Sequence record: SRR2962707_774
Direction: 5' to 3' (one strand)
Length of the DNA: 36,660 bases
In this document: in pieces, positions 33,917-36,660 of the stretch
Layout of the letters: every line of letters starts with the position of its first letter
Numbering within the stretch: position 1 is the stretch's first letter
The notes under the pieces: generated by a model
The model's database searches: none
The model's input: only the letters and a program-made list of their open reading frames with translations
Told to the model about the DNA's origin: nothing
Made by a program: the position numbers and the translations under genes

Positions 33917-35015
33917 GTTTGCGGAAATATTTCTGGTTAATCTCGAACCGAAGGTCGTGCGGGTTGATGCGATCCAGCAGTTTGTCAGCCAGGAGACGGT
34001 GATCGTCCGCGTTCACGATGCCGAAGGCGGCTTCGGTACGGGCTACAGCTATACGATAGGCACCGGTGGCTCGTCGGTGGTTGCCCTGCTTGCCGATCAT
34101 CTGTTGCCGAAGTTGATCGGCCGGGAAGCGGAAGAGATTGAGGCAATCTGGCGCGATCTCAAGTTTCACACTCATGCGACGACGGTGGGCGCCATAACTT
34201 CGCTTGCGCTCGCCGCCATCGATACCGCGCTGTGGGATTTGCGTACCTTGCGCGCCGGGCTGCCGCTGCATCTCGCGGCCGGCGGCGCGCGCACGCGAAT
34301 ACCGGCCTACACCACGGAGGGGGGCTGGCTGCATCTCTCCGAGGAGAAGCTCGTGGAAGACGCCGAGCGCGCACGCGAGGAAGGTTTTCATGGCGTGAAA
34401 ATCAAGATCGGCAAACCGTCTGTCCGAGCGGATGTCAGGCGTGTCGCCGCCGTGCGAGCCGCTATCGGCGACGATCTCGAGCTGATGACCGACTGCAATC
34501 AGGTCTTCGCCGTCGATGAGGCGATCCGCCGGGCGCAGGCGCTTGCGAGTTTCGACATAGCATGGATGGAGGAACCGCTTCCCGCCGACGATCTCGACGG
34601 CCATATCCGGCTTGCGGCTTCGACCTCGATCCCAGTAGCGGTTGGTGAATCGATTTATGGCCTTCGCCACTTTCGGGATTTCATGCAGCAGCGCGCATGC
34701 TCCATCGTGCAGGTCGATTGTGCCCGCATAGGCGGTATCACGCCCTGGCTCAAGACGGCGCATCTCGCAGAAGCCTTCAACATGGCGGTCGCGCCGCACT
34801 TCCTGATGGAACTGCATGTATCGCTTGCCTGCGCCGTGCCGAATGGCCGCTGGGTCGAATACATCCCCCAGCTTGACGAGATCACGACATCGCGCCTGCG
34901 CATCGAAAAGGGCGACGCCTTTGCGCCGGTCGAACCCGGCCTCGGCATCGCCTGGGATTGGGATGCGATCCGTGCGCGAAGCGAAATCAAGCACGCCGTG
35001 CGCAAGGCGGCCTGA
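33903..35015 (+). CDS. Mandelate racemase subgroup enolase-superfamily protein (acid-sugar dehydratase)
   Basis: GTGYSYTIGTGG, AIDTALWD, KIKIG, metal ligands MTDCNQ / EEP / GE, and APHFLME; SD GGGAGG upstream. Confidence 0.87.
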   Translation: MARIEFAEIFLVNLEPKVVRVDAIQQFVSQETVIVRVHDAEGGFGTGYSYTIGTGGSSVVALLADHLLPKLIGREAEEIEAIWRDLKFHTHATTVGAITSLALAAIDTALWDLRTLRAGLPLHLAAGGARTRIPAYTTEGGWLHLSEEKLVEDAERAREEGFHGVKIKIGKPSVRADVRRVAAVRAAIGDDLELMTDCNQVFAVDEAIRRAQALASFDIAWMEEPLPADDLDGHIRLAASTSIPVAVGESIYGLRHFRDFMQQRACSIVQVDCARIGGITPWLKTAHLAEAFNMAVAPHFLMELHVSLACAVPNGRWVEYIPQLDEITTSRLRIEKGDAFAPVEPGLGIAWDWDAIRARSEIKHAVRKAA

Positions 35016-35025
35016 GGTGAACAAG

Positions 35026-35367
35026 ATGGGCGAGAAAATACAGCGAATGGGCATGGTGATTACGGTGAAGCCCGAAAGGATCGCCGACTACAAGCGCCTT
35101 CACGCAGATGTCTGGCCCGAGGTGCTGGAGATGATCCGCGCCTGCAATATCCGCAATTACACGATCTTTCTGCGCGAGCCGGAGAATCTCCTCTTCAGCT
35201 ATTGGGAATATGCCGGCCAGGATTTCGAGGCCGACATGGCGCGCATGGCGGAGCATGAGCCGACGAGACGCTGGTGGCAGCTTACGGACCCGTGTCAGAC
35301 CCCGTTGGCGAGCTGTGTCGAAGGCGAAAAATGGGCGGGTATGGAGGAGGTTTTCCATGCCGGCTGA
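35026..35367 (+). CDS. RhaM-family mutarotase (probably acting on L-fucose in this context)
   Basis: YKRLHADVWPEV, NIRNYTIF, LFSYWEY, RRWW and MEEVFH; SD GAGG upstream of ATG 35026. Confidence 0.85.
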   Translation: MGEKIQRMGMVITVKPERIADYKRLHADVWPEVLEMIRACNIRNYTIFLREPENLLFSYWEYAGQDFEADMARMAEHEPTRRWWQLTDPCQTPLASCVEGEKWAGMEEVFHAG

Positions 35368-36109
35368 ATTGAACCCAAAGGGACGTCTCGCTGGCAAGAA
35401 GGTGCTGCTCACGGCCGCGGCGCAAGGCATTGGCCGCGCAAGCGCGGAGGCGATGGCGCGTGAAGGCGCACATGTCATCGCGACCGACCTGCGCGACGAA
35501 GCCTTTTCAGGTCTCGACGTCGCGGAAATACATCAGCTCGATGTGACGGATCGCGACGCAGTCACGCGTCTCGCGGGAAAGATCGGTGCCGTCGACGCGC
35601 TCTTCAATTGTGCGGGCTTTGTGCACCACGGCACTATCCTCGATTGCGGTGAGGCGGATTGGGACTTCTCGATGGAGCTCAATGTCGGTGCGGCCTACCG
35701 CGTGATCCGCGCTTTCCTGCCCGCCATGATCGCAGCAGGCGGGGGCTCCATAATCAACATGGCCTCGGTCGCTTCTTCGGTCATTGGCGTGCCCAACCGC
35801 TTCGTCTACGGCGCAAGCAAAGGCGCCGTGATCGGCCTCACGCGCTCTGTCGCCGCGGATTTCGCGGGGCAGGGTATCCGTTGCAATGCAATAGCCCCCG
35901 GCACGGTCGAAACGCCTTCCCTCGACGAACGTATGCGCGCGCGAGGCGATTACGAAACGGCACGCGCCGCTTTCATCGCACGCCAACCCATGGGCCGGAT
36001 CGGGAAGCCCGAGGAGATTGCCGAACTCGTTGTTTATCTCGCCAGCGATGCGTCTTCGTTCATGTCCGGTAGTGTCCTGACTATCGACGGCGGATGGAGC
36101 AACATATGA
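35357..36109 (+). CDS. SDR, 2-keto-3-deoxy-L-fuconate dehydrogenase-like (BDH2/DHRS6 type)
   Basis: LTAAAQGIG, LFNCAGFVHHGTILDC, NRFVYGASK, PGTVETPSL and DGGW; SD GGAGGAGG upstream. Confidence 0.87.
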   Translation: MPAELNPKGRLAGKKVLLTAAAQGIGRASAEAMAREGAHVIATDLRDEAFSGLDVAEIHQLDVTDRDAVTRLAGKIGAVDALFNCAGFVHHGTILDCGEADWDFSMELNVGAAYRVIRAFLPAMIAAGGGSIINMASVASSVIGVPNRFVYGASKGAVIGLTRSVAADFAGQGIRCNAIAPGTVETPSLDERMRARGDYETARAAFIARQPMGRIGKPEEIAELVVYLASDASSFMSGSVLTIDGGWSNI

Positions 36110-36660
36110 AGCTCGCCCGTTATGGAAATGCCGGTCGCGAAAAGCCCGGTCTTGTTGATGCCGAGGGCCGCCTGCGCGACCTGAGCGCCTATGTCCTGGA
36201 CATAGCGGGTGCGGCGTTGCTGCCCGAAGGGCTTGCCGCGCTCCGCGAAATCGACCCGGCTTCTCTTCCGCTCGTGGCGGAAGGCGTGCGGCTCGGTCCC
36301 TGTGTCGGCCAAGTTGGCAAGTTCATTTGTGTCGGGCTGAACTATGCAGACCATGCGGCGGAGTCCGGCATGGAAGTGCCGTCCGAACCGGTCCTCTTCT
36401 TCAAGGCGACGAGTGCCATCTGCGGCCCGAACGACGATGTCATCATTCCGCGCGGAGCGGTGAAGACCGACTGGGAAGTGGAACTCGGCGTCGTGATCGG
36501 CCGTGAAGCTCGTTATGTTGATGTCGCCGATGCGCTGGATCATGTGGCGGGCTATTGCGTCATCAACGATCTCTCGGAACGCGAGTTTCAGCTCGAGCGT
36601 GGTGGCCAATGGGTGAAGGGCAAGAGCTGCGACACCTTCGGCCCGATCGGCCCATGGCTG
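36106..36660 (+). CDS. Fumarylacetoacetate hydrolase family protein (2,4-diketo-3-deoxy-L-fuconate hydrolase-like), truncated by the window end
   Basis: Not in the ORF track because there is no stop; own translation gives MKLARYGNAGREKPG..KFICVGLNYADHAAESG..EPVLFFKA..DWEVELGVVIG..NDLSEREFQ..GQWVKGKSCDTFGPIGPWL; ATGA overlap with the SDR. Confidence 0.9.
   Translation, partial: MKLARYGNAGREKPGLVDAEGRLRDLSAYVLDIAGAALLPEGLAALREIDPASLPLVAEGVRLGPCVGQVGKFICVGLNYADHAAESGMEVPSEPVLFFKATSAICGPNDDVIIPRGAVKTDWEVELGVVIGREARYVDVADALDHVAGYCVINDLSEREFQLERGGQWVKGKSCDTFGPIGPWL

Noticed and set aside
33597-35054. 485-aa minus-strand ORF, and similar long antisense ORFs (378-1355, 16073-17233, 32157-33137, 13019-13864)
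   Set aside because: They shadow well-supported genes on the opposite strand, show no recognisable motifs and are expected in high-GC coding DNA
35026-35367. Interpreting the sugar locus as L-rhamnose catabolism because of the RhaM-family gene
   Set aside because: No rhamnose isomerase, kinase or rhamnonate dehydratase recognised; the FucD-type dehydratase and partner enzymes point to fucose-type substrates
1-36660. Mobile element, prophage, tRNA/rRNA or anti-phage defence system
   Set aside because: No integrase, transposase, phage, structured RNA or defence-type domains recognised; nearly all sequence is explained by the listed CDSs

Overview
GC-rich bacterial DNA with alphaproteobacterial-like gene content and a REP-type hairpin at the left edge; the taxon is an inference. 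There are three blocks. (1) 366-1814: mltF lytic transglycosylase. (2) About 1836-29462: a ~27.6 kb capsular/surface polysaccharide locus. It combines a group 2/3-type ABC export system (kpsS, a TPR-fused kpsM, kpsT, kpsE, kpsD), three glycosyltransferase genes, three sulfotransferases from three different families, a GNAT acyltransferase and a small lipoprotein. It also carries a WcbR/RkpA-type single-module reducing type I PKS with its WcbT/RkpG-type PLP alpha-oxoamine synthase, a WcbP/RkpH-type SDR and a WcbQ/RkpI-type LTA-synthase-family protein. (3) 29558-end: a non-phosphorylative L-fucose-type catabolic locus, probably controlled by its IclR regulator (fuconate dehydratase, AKR dehydrogenase, lactonase, second enolase-family dehydratase, mutarotase, SDR, FAH hydrolase truncated by the window edge). 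No RNA genes, CRISPR array, transposase or integrase were seen. The most interesting signals are the TPR-KpsM fusion, a PKS + oxoamine synthase + GNAT + SDR set whose enzyme classes parallel sphingolipid/ceramide synthesis (a possible amino-lipid capsule anchor), and a probably multiply sulfated capsule. All calls come from reading motifs by eye, with no database searches.
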